Of a stretch of DNA of 64,000 nucleotides, positions 11,805 through 25,500 are shown piece by piece. Within the stretch, counting starts at the first letter, position 1; each line of letters opens with the position of its first letter. The notes beneath the pieces are model-generated. The model was not told the origin of the DNA. It saw only the letters and a list, made by a program, of their open reading frames with translations, and did no database searches. Made by a program: the position numbers and the translations under genes. Source of the DNA: Mobula hypostoma (lineage: Eukaryota); the NCBI RefSeq assembly GCF_963921235.1, contig NC_086097.1:59398001-59462000 (forward strand). The letters are read 5' to 3'.

Positions 11805-14800
11805 TTCATAGTGTCATAGAACTCTATAGTACAGAATAGGCCCTGCAGCCCACCTAGTCCAAAGCAAACAGTTAATCTGCCTTATCCCATGGATCTATAC
11901 CTGAACCATAGCCCTCCATACCCCTCACATCTATGCACCTGTCCAAATTTCTCTTAGATATTGAAATTGAATCCACATCCACCACTTGCACTGGTGGCTA
12001 GTTCCACAATCTCACCTTCCTCTGAGTAAAGAAGTTCCCCTACATATCCCCCTTAAACATTTCAACTTTCACCCTTAACCTATGACCTCTGGTTGTTGTT
12101 TCACCCAACTTCAGTGGAAGAAGCCTGTTTGTATTTATCATATTTATACCCCTCACAAAGTTGTTGACTTCTATCAAATCTCCCCTCAATCTTCCACATT
12201 CTAGGGAATAAAGTGCTAACCTATTCAACCCTCCCCTATAACTCAGGCCCCCAAGTGCTAGAAACATCCTTGTATATTTTCTCTGTACTCTTTCAATCAT
12301 ATTTTAAATTTTCCTGTAGGGAGGTGACCACAACTGCACACAATACTCTTAATCAGTCGCAATTATTACTCCTCAACCATCAAGCGCTTGAACCAAAGGG
12401 GATAAGTTTACACAACTTCACTTTCCCCATCACCAAACTATTCCCACAACCTTTGGACTCACTTTCAAAGACTCTGATATCAATTGTTTATTTTATTTCA
12501 TTTTATTTTATTTTATTTTATTTCATTATTTCTTCATGTGTTTGTTTATTTGTTTTTAATTAGTTTTCTTTTTATTTTTGTATTTGCACAGTTTATTGTC
12601 TTTTACACACTGCTTGTCTCCCCCAATAGTGCGGTGTTTCATTGATTCCATTGTAGTTATTGCATTTATTGAGTATGCCTGCAACAAAATGAATCTCAGG
12701 GTGGGATATAGTGACATATATATACTTTGATAATAAATTTACTTTGAAGTTTGAACTTTAGAACTTCGAAATTAGGCCTCACCAATGTTTTCTACAATGT
12801 TAACATAACAACCCAACTCCTGTATTGAATACATTGACTTATGAAGGCCAATCTACGAAAGACTTCCTTAACGACCCTCCCTGTGACACCACTTTCAAGG
12901 AATTATGCATCTGTATTCCCATATCCCTCTGTTCTACCACAGTCCTCAGTCCCCTGCTGCTCACCATATAAAACCTACCCTGGTTGGTCTTCCTAAACTG
13001 CAACACCTTACACTTGTTTATATTAAATTCCATCTGCCATGTTTTAGCCCATTTTTCCACATGGTCCAGATCCTTCTGCAAACTTTGATAGTCTTCCTTG
13101 CTGTCTACTGCAGCCCCATCTGCAAATTTGCTGATCCAATTCACCACGTTATCATCCAGAATGTTCGATATAGATGACAAATAATAATGATCTAGTACTG
13201 ATCCCTGTGGTACTCCACTAGTCACAGGCCTTCAGTCAGAGAGGCAGCCATCTACTACCACTCTTCTCCCCCAAAACCAATGTCTAATTCAATATACTAC
13301 CTCATCTTGAACGCCAAGCAACTGTAACTCATTGACCAACCTTCCATGTGGGACGTTGTCAAAGACCTTGCTAAGGTTCATGAGGGGATCATCCACTGTC
13401 TTGCCTTCATCAAATTTTCAAAAAACTCTGTATGATTGGTTAGACACAAACTACCATGCACAAAGCATGTTGACTATCCTTAATCAATCCATATCTTTAC
13501 AAATACTTATGTATCTGGTCCCTTAGAATACCTTGCAATAACCTACTCACAACTGATGTCAGGCTCACCGGCCCAGCTGATTCCATACTTACCAGCCTAT
13601 AATTTCCTGGCTTATTCTGGGAGTGTTTTTTAAACAACTAGACAACATTGGCTATCCTCCAATTCTCCAGCACCACAGCAGTGGCTAAAAATGTCTTAAA
13701 TGTCCTTGCTGGGGCCCTGGCAACTTCTGTACTAGCCTCCTACAGGGTCAAATAGAACGCCATGCCAGGCCCCGGGGATTTATCCACCCTAATTTGCCTC
13801 AGAATAACAGATACCTCCTCATCTGTAATTTGTATAGGGTCCATTAAGTTGAAGCCACTTTGCCTCACTTCAATAGACTCTGTACCTGTCTCTCAAGTAC
13901 ATATTGATACAAACAATCCATTTAATATCTCCCCCATCTCCTTCTACTCCATGCATGGATTGCCACTCTGATCTTTCAGAGGACTAATTTTGTTCCTTGC
14001 TCTCCTTTTGTTCTTAATATATCTGTAGAAGCCCTTAGGATTTCCTTCACCTTGTCTACTAAGCAAACATATGCCTTCTCTTGGCCCTCCTGATTTCATT
14101 CTTAAGTGTTCTCTTGCATTTCTTATACTCATCAAGTACCTCATTTATTCTACCTTCCCATCCTACCATGCACCTCCTTCATTTTCTGAACTAGGGCTTC
14201 AATATCATTCAAAAACCAAAGCTCCCTAAAACAGTTATCCTTGCCATTTATTCTGATAAGTGGAGGGCCTCCCAACTGCCAAATACACTTCTGCCAGAAA
14301 TCGACCTATGCCAAATGCACACTTGCCAGATTCTTTCTGATACTATCAAAATTGGCATTTCTTCAATTTTGAATCTATTCTTCTCCATAATTATTTTTAA
14401 ATTAATGGGAGTATGATCACTAAATGCATTTAGCAAGTTTGGACTAATGATCTGAAATTGGAGGATAGGATTGAAGGATAGCCAATATTGTTCCGTTGTC
14501 TTAAAAACGCTCTATGAATAAGCTGGAAATTATAGGCCGGTGAGCCTGACATCAGTCACATTTAATAAGTATTGAAGGTCTTCCCCCTCGCAAACTTCTG
14601 TCACCCTCCTTGTTTCATTCTCTAACAGGAGATTTAGTGTCACATTCTCACTAGTTGGGACTTCTGTGAACTGAACATATTTGAAAAACTCTTTCCCATC
14701 GAACCATTTTACAGTCAATATGTGGCAAGTTAAAATAACCTACTATCACAATTTCAAGTTTCTTGCAACAGTCTGCGATCTTCCTGCAAATTTGCTCCTC

Positions 14801-15860
14801 TAAATACTATGAACTGTTTTATAATATAATCCCATTAACGTGGTCATGCCTTTCTTATTTCTCAGCTTTACCCATAGAAAGTAACCAGATGAGCTCTCCT
14901 GTCTGTCCCGTCAGAGCACAGCCATGACATTTTTCCCTTACTCGTAATGCCACCTTTAATCCCTTCTGCTCTATCACATCTAAAAAAGCAGAACCATGGA
15001 ATATTGAGCTACCAGTCCTGCTCCTCCTGCAACCAAGTCTCACTAATAGCTGCAATGGCATAATTCCACATGTTGATCCATGCCCTACATTCATCTGCCT
15101 TTCCTGTAATACTCTTTGCGTTGAAATATACGCAGCTCAGAACATTAGCCCCACCATGCTCAGCCTTTTGATTCCAGACTTAGTGTGTAGGCTTAACACC
15201 ATCTTTCTCCACAACCTCTCCACTATCTGTTCTGGGGCTCTGGTACCTGTCCCCCTGCATCTCTAATTTATACCTTCCTGTGCAGCTCTAACAAATATAC
15301 CTGCTAGGATATTAATCCCCCTCCAGTTCAATTGCAAAGCATCCTTTCAGTACAGGTCCCATCTTCCCCGGAAGAGAGCCCAATGATCCAAAAGCCTGAA
15401 GTCCTCCCTCCTGCACCACCTCCTTAGCCACGTGTTAAACTGTATAATTTTCCTATTTCAGGCCTCCCTAGCACATGTCACAGGTAGCAACCCTGAGATC
15501 ACAACCCTGGATGTCCAGCCCTTGAAGTTAGCACCTAATTTCCTCAACACACTTTGCAGGACCTTGTCACCCCTCCTACCCATATCATAGCTAGTGATGT
15601 GGACCACAACCTCTGGCCCCCATATAAGAATACTATGGTCCTGATTCGAGATGTCCCTGACCTTGGCATTTGGGAGGCAACATACCATACGGGGATCTCA
15701 TTCTCGTCCACAGAACCTACTTTCTGTTCCCTGAATCAACGAACCCCCTATTACTACAGCTCACCTCTTCTCCCCACTTCCCTTCTGAGTCACAGAGCCA
15801 GACTCAGTTCCAAGATCTAACTGCTTAGGCTTTCCTCTGCTAGAGCATCCCCCCAACAAT
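11805..15860 (-). mobile_element. Near full-length CR1 LINE (decayed, with nested insertions)
   Basis: Minus-strand ORFs: esterase ORF1 (15458-15688, VVVHITSYD, VVISGLLPV), RT TSGVPQGSVL...SKFAD (12839-13225), C-terminal IERVQRKYTRM...LRGDLIEV (12040-12300). Confidence 0.9.
12350..12765 (+). mobile_element. Rex1/Babar 3' tail nested in CR1
   Basis: Matches the 3' ends at 32760-33150 and 45170-45500 (gaatctcaggg...gacatatat.tactttgataataaatttactttgaa). Confidence 0.8.
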
Positions 15861-16493
15861 ACTCAAAGCCATATACTGTATATTGCATACTTTCAGGTTG
15901 AAAGTATCACTAATTTTATTAACACGTGGTAAAACCACACACTTCAACTGAGGCTGCTTCTAATCAGTCTTTCCAATAACACCATCTGATTTTTCAGTCA
16001 GCTATCAGAGCACAAAGACATGAATTATTTCCTGAGGGTGTGATCTCAGGGTATAAATTACATTCATTTCATACAGCATTTGGAAACCATATCTGAAAAT
16101 TGTCAAAATGGATGCTTTACAAATAGGAATGAAGCATAGATTAAATCTACGAACCAAATTAAGTATGAAGTGGAATCTCTGAGCTCTCATTTTTCACGTC
16201 CTGTTAGCTCACAACAGCTAATGCACTAAGATATGCAAAATGCTACCGCAAGTAGCAAGATGATCGCAATTGTTGAGCTTCAGTACTTCAGTATATTTTC
16301 CAGTAGATATTCTGAAGCAAAGCAAACTTTTCTTTCCTGTTAATGGCTGCAAGAATATTAATCTCAAAATAGTATATGGTAACATATGCATACATTGATA
16401 ATAAGTTTATTTTGAACTTTGAAATAAAAAGTCATGAAAAGTTAATATTCTGTATGATATTTCCAGTCAGGGAAGTGTTACAACCGGTCTACA

Positions 16494-16647
16494 AATAAAC
16501 TCTTCTCGGGCTTCCAGCTGGGTACAGGTATCAATTATAACCGACATTTCGATGACAAACTCTGCCATCTTCGACTGAAGTTTGTCATTGAAACGTCATT
16601 TATAATCGATACCTATACCCAGCTGGGAAGCCTGAGAAGAGTTTATT
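16494..16647. mobile_element. Inverted (fold-back) PLE pLTR remnant of a separate family
   Basis: ~70-bp inverted arms aataaactcttctc...gacaaact / agtttgtc...gaagagtttatt, each containing a GAAAyGTC hammerhead 3' half. Confidence 0.65.
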
Positions 16648-17379
16648 CATCATATACACCGGGAAAGCACTAGTTACTTTTACAACTTTTCTCTTTATTC
16701 CAGTAGCTCTCCTGCAACTTACTATAAATTAATTTTTCCATAATGAATTTCATAAGCTTTACTATCTTCTGATTAAAAGGGTAGGTTCAGGAAAATAACA
16801 TCTACTTGTAGGATAACTACTTGGTGCTAATTCAGCAAAATATTTCTTTTCATTTTGATTCCTCCTCTTGTCCTCGTCCCGATACCAATACTTCTGGAAC
16901 TATGTCATGACTGAAGTATTTCCAGACCCCAGTACCGCACTCAGAAGTTTAAATCCCAATAGTGATCATTCATATGCTACTACACTGTGGGAAACATCGG
17001 ATTCACCTACAGCCAGGTCTCACACACTTGCACATGATGAACCGGAGGAATAGCCTACTCACCTTCCAATCTAGAATGCTAAGAGAAATTGTGATTTCAG
17101 TATTCCATCAGCAGAAAGTGCCCAATACAGAACAAATTAGTAATTAAAATACAGAACCTTCTAATCAATGTGAATCCAAACTAAACCAATTTACTGAGTA
17201 AGCAGCAGATCCCTTCACCACAATTACCAATAGTTTCAATGTATTTAAGAATATCTTGAAAAATAGTGGAACATTAAGTTAGTTTAATTCAATATATACA
17301 ATATATTTACAGAATTTAATTCAATATATTTACAGAACTTGCAGCATGCTGGCATTGTGAAATCCATACAAATGTAATT

Positions 17380-18370
17380 AGTTATAGAGTTATAAATCTT
17401 ACAGGCCCAATTCATGCAAGCTATCTCTGTTGCTCTGAGAGCTAGGCCCATCTGTCTACATTTGGCAATAGCTCTCTTATCATTTCTTATCCATGTACTT
17501 ATCTAGATGGTTTTTAAAGCTTGCTGATGTGCTTACCTTAATCACTATTTCTGTCAGCTCATTTCAAATACATACCTCCTGTTCTATGAAGAAGCTGCCC
17601 CGATGCCTCTTTGAGCTAAAACTAAAGCTAAAATCCCTTGCTTTTTGCACCTCCTCCCTAGGAAAAAGACTTTTTCACCCACTCTCTGTCCCTCATGATC
17701 TTATATATCTTTATTAGGATACTGCTTAAATATTCCAGGAAATAAAGATCTAGTCCTTAGAACCCCTCCTTAAAACTCAGCCCCCTCAAGTCTTTTCTGC
17801 ATTCCTTTTAGTTTAATGACATTTTTCCTATAACATGATGACCAAAACTATACACAATACTTCAAGTACATCCTCACTAGCCTCTTATATAGCTGCAACA
17901 TGACTTCCCAACTCTCACACTCAATGAAGGCTGGCATACTAAATGGATTCCTCATCACCCGGTCTACCTGAGATGCTGCTTTCAATGAATGATGCACTTC
18001 CACTCAGGGCCCTCTGTTCCAACACACTCCCCAGGATCCCATCATTCACTGTAAAAGTCCTACTCTGCTCTGATTTCCCAAAATGCAATACCTCACATCT
18101 ATCTGGATTTTCTCAGCCCACATACTTAATTGATCAAGATATCGCTGTAATGTTTCATAATCTCCTATGCTGTCTACAACAGAATCTACTATAAATCATG
18201 CCTTGACATTCTCATTCAAATTGTTTATACAGAGTACAAACAACAAAGGCCTCAGAAATGACCACTATGGCAAAACACTAGATACACGTCTTCAGCCTGA
18301 AGTAACAACTTTTGATCATCACCCTCTGCTTCCTAGCACTGAACCATTTATGAATTCTATCAGCTTTTGA
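17380..18370 (-). mobile_element. CR1 LINE 3' fragment, decayed
   Basis: Co-linear with the other minus-strand CR1 3' regions (ccaaaactatacacaatacttcaag, caaaatgcaatacctcacat). Confidence 0.75.
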
Positions 18371-19624
18371 GTCCATTTCTCTGGTGATCAACATGTCAAA
18401 ATATGGGGGTCGATAAAATGTTATCAGATGCGTTATATATCATGATAGATGGAAGCAATCATATGAAGAAGAGGGCATGAGATTGGAATTACAACTCTAG
18501 GTTGAAAAGAATGATGATGTTGTAAGCCAGAGATAGTAAGTGAAGAAGAGATGAGTATCTATGGTGGGAGTTGACATTGTTCTTCCCAACATTCAATGTG
18601 AGGACAAAAAGTGGCTGACACAGGATTAATGTAAAAGCAACAGCTTGAAAACAAACCGTGAAGGGAAGAGGCAAAGACAAGTGCTATCAACAAATAATCA
18701 AAAGGTAATGCAATATTCAGAAATTAACAACAGGTTTGCTAAGGATAGTTTCCGAGGTGATACAGCTGGGATGGAGTGAGAAATCAGGCTGCGCTGTTTA
18801 AAATAAGACAGGCAAGATTCAACTGTGTGTTAGCAGTGCCATTAAATTAGAAATCAAGATAAGAATATTAAATAATCCCTGTGAAAGGCTGCTGTGAGAA
18901 TCTTAGTAATTTTTTTACTAAGAGATCACCGTTTAGCTGCTGTGAAGGAATGGTAAGTGCTTGAAGATGTTAGGTCAGGGGATTGTGACAGATGGACATG
19001 AATCTTGAAGATTGCTCATTACAGCCCTGATGAAGAAATACAAGTAGAGTGATGTTTTGTAAAGAGACAAGCTGAAGTACTTGATGAGATGATAATGGTA
19101 TTTTTTGAAAGGGAGCAGCAAATTATTAATGTATTATTAAAGTTCAGAAAGGGAAGGGAAGTTAGAAAGCCAACAATTTAGTGGAATAGGAAAGAAGACA
19201 TGGATTGCATAGACAAGAATGAATTTATAAAGGACATGAAGAGAAACTAGAAGAAAGTAGTGACCACATGGAAATGATGTGTATCTTATTAATGAGAGTG
19301 CAGTATAAGTATAACGCAATTATAATGGAATTTCAGCATTTGATAGATTTTTTTCTTTTTAACTATATTTAGTGAAAAACATTATTTATTTAAAATTGCC
19401 GTAGGTTATCAATTGTAGGTTCTAGTTGTATATTTTGTTATTAAATTTGAACATACAGGCAATTTTGTTTCAGTGTTTATGCAGAGCTATTATCAATGTT
19501 TCACAGAATGAATGCAGATACCTTAAAAAATCTATCTTCTGCAGAAGAGTCCCATTGTCAGTATATTTTATTTTTTATTTTATTTTTATATTGCATTACG
19601 TAAATACATTTTTTAGGGTGGTGG

Positions 19625-19985
19625 GGTAGCAATATGTCTCTACCGAAGAAGGTGTAAGGCACTCTTTTCCTCTGCTAGGCTGCAGGCCACCCTTGGGCGA
19701 AGTGTAGCACCTGCTTAGCTCCCTCGAACAGGGTCACGTGAAGTGATGGGAGCAGGTGATGGATGGTCGTATGAGCAGCTGGTGCATATCATGTCATGAT
19801 TATGTGAGCACTGACACCAAGCAGAAAATTTTTGAAGGGTATTGATAACGGCTGGGATCACCCATCTTGTAAAGACACTGTCCAGAAGAAGGCAATGGCA
19901 AACCACTTCTGTAGAAAAATATGCCACGGACAATCATGGTTATAGAAAGACCACGATCATTCATGTCATACATCATGGCACTATC
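19625..19985 (+). mobile_element. RTE-clade-related SINE or tail (BovB/Bov-A/Sauria-like 3' motif)
   Basis: GAAGGCAATGGCAAACCACTTCTGTA at 19888-19913 resembles the BovB-type 3' motif GAAGGCAATGGCAAACCACTCCAGTA. Confidence 0.6.
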
Positions 19986-21084
19986 TTTTAAATTAAGTGC
20001 AATCGTGAACAATAGCCAGATCAGAAATGCTGATCAAGTCAACTAGTTCCTAAAGAGAACTCTGCTAGGCTAATCAGATGGTTCACTGCTGCTCAGCGAT
20101 AGAGTACAAAAAAAAAATAACAGGCACAAGGGTCGCTAGCCCCTGTGCCCCAGAAACACACCTGATCGGTGCGGCGGAGGTATGTGCTATGCATGACCTG
20201 ATCTGAAAGCATCTTTTTAACTCTTAATAGATTGTGTTCACGGTGGAACAGCTTAGTCAAGGATGGGGTGATCAGCACAGATGGACAAATTATACCTCCA
20301 CTACCCCTTAATAACGAATGAACAATTATATATTTTTTATTGGCCTGGCTTACCAAAATTCACATACTTTCACATCAAATGTTGTCATGCTCTGGATTTT
20401 AACTCTGACACATGCGTGTATTAGAACTGTAAGAGATTATATGCTTCCTGTTTGATATTTTTAATTGTTCAACTGAGAATTTGAAGTGTGAGAATACATG
20501 CTCCACAAATGTTTTAAAATGTACCACAACTTTTCAAGATTTTTCAGTTACATAGTTATGCAATGACATTTATACATTAAGCAAAATTAGGTATTTATCT
20601 TAGACAATTATTAGTGACCATTTTAAGGTTTGACTCCATGGATCCATTGTACTCAGCCAGTTGGACATCCATCAGGAAGTGTATTGGACATTAACAAACA
20701 CAAAGCGAAATGTCTCATTAGTTATTCAACAGCAGGAAACAAATCAAACCAAATACAAAAGCAATGAGGTTGACATCAACAGGCTCTAAGGAACACATTG
20801 AGTTATTCTTAACTCTTTATCCCGTACAAGTCATAAATTTGCTTGTCTATAGGTGCAGCCAAACTCTGATATTCATGAGTACTTTAATGAGCTTCCTTGC
20901 AGTGATTTCTAGAGATTTTTTTTGGTTCTCAGGAAAGACCATCTCCTTGAAATGTTAACTCTATTCCTATCCCCATTGATGCTGCCTGTCTTTACAAGCA
21001 TTTTTATTTTTAATTCTTCCAACATCTGTTATAATTTTTGTCTAGCAATTTCCTTAGGTCCCAAGTTTGCCAAGACATGTTGGT

Positions 21085-21435
21085 CAGATAGAACATAGAA
21101 CATAGAAAACCTACAGCACAATACAGGCCTTTCGGCCCACTAAAGTTGTGCTGAACTTTAGAAATTACTAGGCTGATCTATAGCCCTCTATTTTACTATC
21201 TCCATGTACCTATCTAAATGTCTCTTAAAAGACCCTATCGTATCCGCCTCCACCACTGATGCCGGCAGCCCATTCCACGCACTCACCACTTTCTGCGTCA
21301 AAAACTTACCCCTGACACCTCCTCTGTATCTACTCCCTAGCACCTTAAACATGTGTCCTCTTGTGGCAACCATTTCAGCCCTGGGAAAAAGCCTCTGATT
21401 ATCCACACGATCAACGCCTCTCATCATCTTATACA
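21085..21435 (-). mobile_element. CR1 LINE extreme 3' end
   Basis: (aacatag)n tail; ORF 21188-21427 MRGVDRVD...TRGH.FKV...TQKVVSAWNGLPASVVEA. Confidence 0.88.
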
Positions 21436-21759
21436 GATATACCAGAGCTCCTTTATTAACCCTTTCTCGTTATCCCAAATTCAGTAGTGTGGCTTTAGAA
21501 AACATTTTAAGAATTAAAACAATAAAATAATAAAGAATAGGATAAAACTTAATTAGAAAGATATTAGAGCACTTACAATTATTTTGTTTTAAATTACAGT
21601 AAAGTGAATGACTTAAAAAACCATAATTTGTGGAAAGAGACATGGTTACTCTTTTAAAGCCCAGCTTAGGTATGACAAGCTGAATGCCCTTCTTCTCTAT
21701 TGCAAGGTCCTACAAATCCATATTATTCTCATAGTTCTCTTTGATTAACAAGTCTCACC

Positions 21760-24050
21760 AGAATCAAAATCAGAATCATGAAATTTGTTAAATTAGCAGC
21801 AGCAGTACAATACAATACACGATTATATAGGAAAAAATAAGTAAATCAATTCTGTAATTTTATATCTATAATTATATGTATGTATATTAAGTAATTAAAT
21901 TTAAAATAGTGCAGAAACAGAAATAATATAAGTGAGGTAGTGTTCATGGGGTCAATGTCCATCTAGGAATTGGATGGCTGAGTGTGTGCTTTTAGGCTTC
22001 TATACCTCCTCCCTGATGGTAACAATGAAAAGAGAGCATGTCCTGGGTGACAAGGGTCCTTAATAATGGATGCAGTCCTGCTGAATGCTGCTTCTTGAAG
22101 ATGTCTTGGATACTACGGAGGCTAGTACCCAAGATAGAGCTGACCGATTTTACAGCTTTCTGTAGCTTCATTCGATCCTGTACAGTAGCTCCCCACCCCC
22201 ACGTCCCCCCTTACCAGACAGTGATGCAACCTGTCAGAATACTCTTCAAGGTACCTCTGTAGAAGTTTTTGAATGTGCTAGGTGACAAACCAAATCTCCT
22301 CAAACTCCGAATGAAATATAGTCACCGTCTTGCCTTCTTTATAGCTGCATTTATATGTTGGGACAGATTAGATCCTCAGAGATCTTGATACCCAGAAACT
22401 TGAACCAAGGAACCCAGTTCTCTCTTCACTTCTGATCGCTCTATGAGAATTGGTTCATGTTCCCTCGTTCTCCCCTTTCTGAAGTCCACAGTAGGCTCTT
22501 CGGTCTTGCTGGCATTGAGTGTAAGGTTGTTGCCGCAACATCACTCAAAAGGCTGGTATATCTCGCTTTTGTACGCCCTCTCATCACCATCTGTGATTCT
22601 GTCAGCAGTAGTTATTTCATTAGCAAAATTATAGATGGCATTCAAGCTATACCTAGCCACACATTCTTGGGTATGGAGAGAGTAGAGTAGTGGGCTAAAC
22701 ACACATCACTGAGGTGCACCAGTGTTGATCATCAGTGAAGAGGAGATATTATCACCAATCCGCGCATATTGTGGTCTTCTGGTTAGGAACTCGAGGGACC
22801 AGTTACAGAGGGAAATACAGAGGCTCAGGTTCCGTAGCTCATTGATCAGGTCTGTGGGAATGATAGCGTTAAACACTGAGCTATAGTCCAATGAACAGCA
22901 TCCTGACGTAGGTGATTGTATTCTCCAAGTGATCTAAGGCTATGTGAAGGGCCATTGAGATTGCATCTGCTGTTGATCTATTGTGGCAATAGGTAAATTG
23001 CAATGGGTCCAGGTCCTTGCTGAGGCAGGAGTTGACCAAACTCTCAAAGCTTTTCATCACCGTAAATGTGGGTGCTACTGGACAATAGTCATTTAAGCAG
23101 CTCACACTACTCCTGGGCACTGGTATAATTGTTGCCCTTTTGAAGCAGGGGAACTTCTGACCGTAGCAGTGAGAGGTTGAAAATGTCCTCAAATATGCCC
23201 ACCAGTTGGTTGACACAAGCTTTCCGAGCTTTACCATGTACTCCATCGATGTCTGCCACCTTGCGAGGGTTCACCCTCTTGAAAGATAGCTTGACATTGG
23301 CCTCTGAGACAGAGATCACAGAGACACCAGGTGCCCTGGGATCTTCACAACTGCAGTTATATTCTCCCCTTCAAAGCAGGCATAAAAGGCATTGAGTACA
23401 TCTGGTAGTAAAACATTGCTGCTATTCATGCTATTGGGCTTTGTCCTGCAAGTCAGGAGCATGTGCACAGCCCCCCTTGATGTCCTGCAAGCCCTGCCAG
23501 AGTTGCCATGCATCCAATGTCGCCTCCAACCTTGACTGGAACTGTTTTCTTGCTCTTGAAATGGCCCTCCACAGGTCATATCTGGTTTTCTTGTACAGAC
23601 CTGGGTTGCCAGACTTGAATGCCACAGATCGAGCCTTCAGCAGATGATGAACTTCCTGGTTCATTCATAGCATTTGGTTTGAGAATGTACAGCAAAGTTT
23701 CATCAGCACACACTTAAACACACAGGTTTTAATGAAGTCAGTAACAAGTGTAGCATACTCATCCAGAGTCGAAGATGAATTCCTGAATACAGTAAAGTCC
23801 ACCGATTCAAAGCAGTTCTGTAAGTGCTCCTGTGCTTCCCTTGTTCATACCTTCTTGGTCCTCCTTACTGGCATGCCAGTCTTCAGGCTCTGCCTATACT
23901 CAGGGAGGATAAGTACAGCCAGGTCATCAGACTTTCTGAAGTGAGGGTGTGGAATAGCACGGTAAGCACTCTTGATGGTGGTGTAACAGTGGTCCAGTGT
24001 GTTGTTTCCTCTGGTACCTCAAGTGATTTGTTGATGAACACCATCTGATG
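21760..24050 (-). mobile_element. Rex1/Babar LINE, 5'-truncated and decayed
   Basis: Minus ORFs: [11 protein letters not shown]...[18 protein letters not shown]...[25 protein letters not shown]. Confidence 0.9.
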
Positions 24051-24409
24051 CTCATGGATGCCTGACTTTCCAGTTAAAATCTCATTCATCAGGGTCTTCA
24101 TTTTTTGCTGGATGGGCATGCTAAAAGCTTTACAACATTTTTTAATAGCAAAAATAAATTTAGACCTGCAGTACATTACAACTCAAGTCATTATTGTTAT
24201 ACTTCTAAATGCTAAGAACTTACATTTGGAGAACATCTAAAACCTCATCTGGCTGTGGCAGCTTCACACAATGTTTGCACTTTATCCACTGTTTTTCATG
24301 TTGCCTCATCTCTCTAGTTCTACACTTATCTCTGGATCATCTGTACAGTAAGGATATATACCTCAGACTATTGTTATTAAATACTGTTATTAAAAGTATA
24401 CTCATCACC

Positions 24410-25500
24410 TAACCCCGGACCCTGGGCGTTGATGCCTCCCTGTGCAACTGGATCCTTGATTTCCAGACCAACAGACTGCAATCACTAAGGATAAACAGCA
24501 ACAGCTCCGCCATATTGTGTCCTCAGGTCCCAACTCTACTTGCTGTACACTCAGAACAGCAGAGGCAGATTCTGCTCTAGCTCCATCTACAAGTTGACAG
24601 ATGATAGCATTATCATTGACTGAATCTCAGGTAATGTTGAGTTGGAGTACAGGAAGGAGATAGAGAATTTAGTGACGTGGTGGCATGACAACAGCCTTTC
24701 CCTCAATGTCAACAAAACAAAACAACTGGTCATTGACTTCAGAAAGGGGGGCTGTGCACATGCTCCTGACTTTGTCAACGGTGTTGAAGTTGAGAGGGTT
24801 GAGACCTTCAAGTTCCTAGGTGTGAACAACATTTTTAGCCTGTCCTGGTCCAACCACATTGATGTCATGACCAAGAAAGCTCACCAGCGGCTTTACTTCC
24901 TCAGATGGCTAAAACAATTTTGCATATTTCCATGACTCTTATCAATTTTTATCAACGTACCATAAAAAAAGCATTGTGTCTGAATGCATAGCACCTCAAT
25001 ATGGTAACTACTCTGCATTTGATAGCCAGGCAATGCAGAGAATTGTGGACACAGCCCAGCACATCACAGGAATTAGCCTCCTCTGTAATAATTCTAACTG
25101 TTCTTCATGCTGCCAGCATAATCAAAGACCCCACCCACTTGGGGCATTCTCTATTCTCCCCTCCCACATTGAGTAATAGATTCAAAAGTCTTAAAGCACG
25201 CACCACCAAGCTCCAGGACAGCATTTACAGGTATCTCACTAATATCAGACTCACAAATAGATGTCTTGTAGGATAAGATGGACACTTAACCTCACAATCT
25301 TCCGTGTTCTGACCTTGTACTCTATGTTTACTTGCACTGAACTTTTTCAGTAGGCTCTGCACTTTTATCTGCATTGTTATTGTTTTACTTTATTCTAGCT
25401 CAAGGCATTGTGTAATGATTTGATCTGTGTAAACAGCATGCTAGACAAGATTTTCACTGTATCTTGAGACAATAATAAACTAATAGCAATACTAATACTT
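24410..25500 (+). mobile_element. Rex1/Babar LINE 3' portion
   Basis: ORF 24642-24935 LSLNVNKTKQLVIDFRK...VERVETFKFLGV...KKAHQRLYFLR. Confidence 0.88.

Noticed and set aside
16868..17053. 61-aa ORF after a pyrimidine-rich tract
   Set aside because: No recognisable homology and no clear AG acceptor
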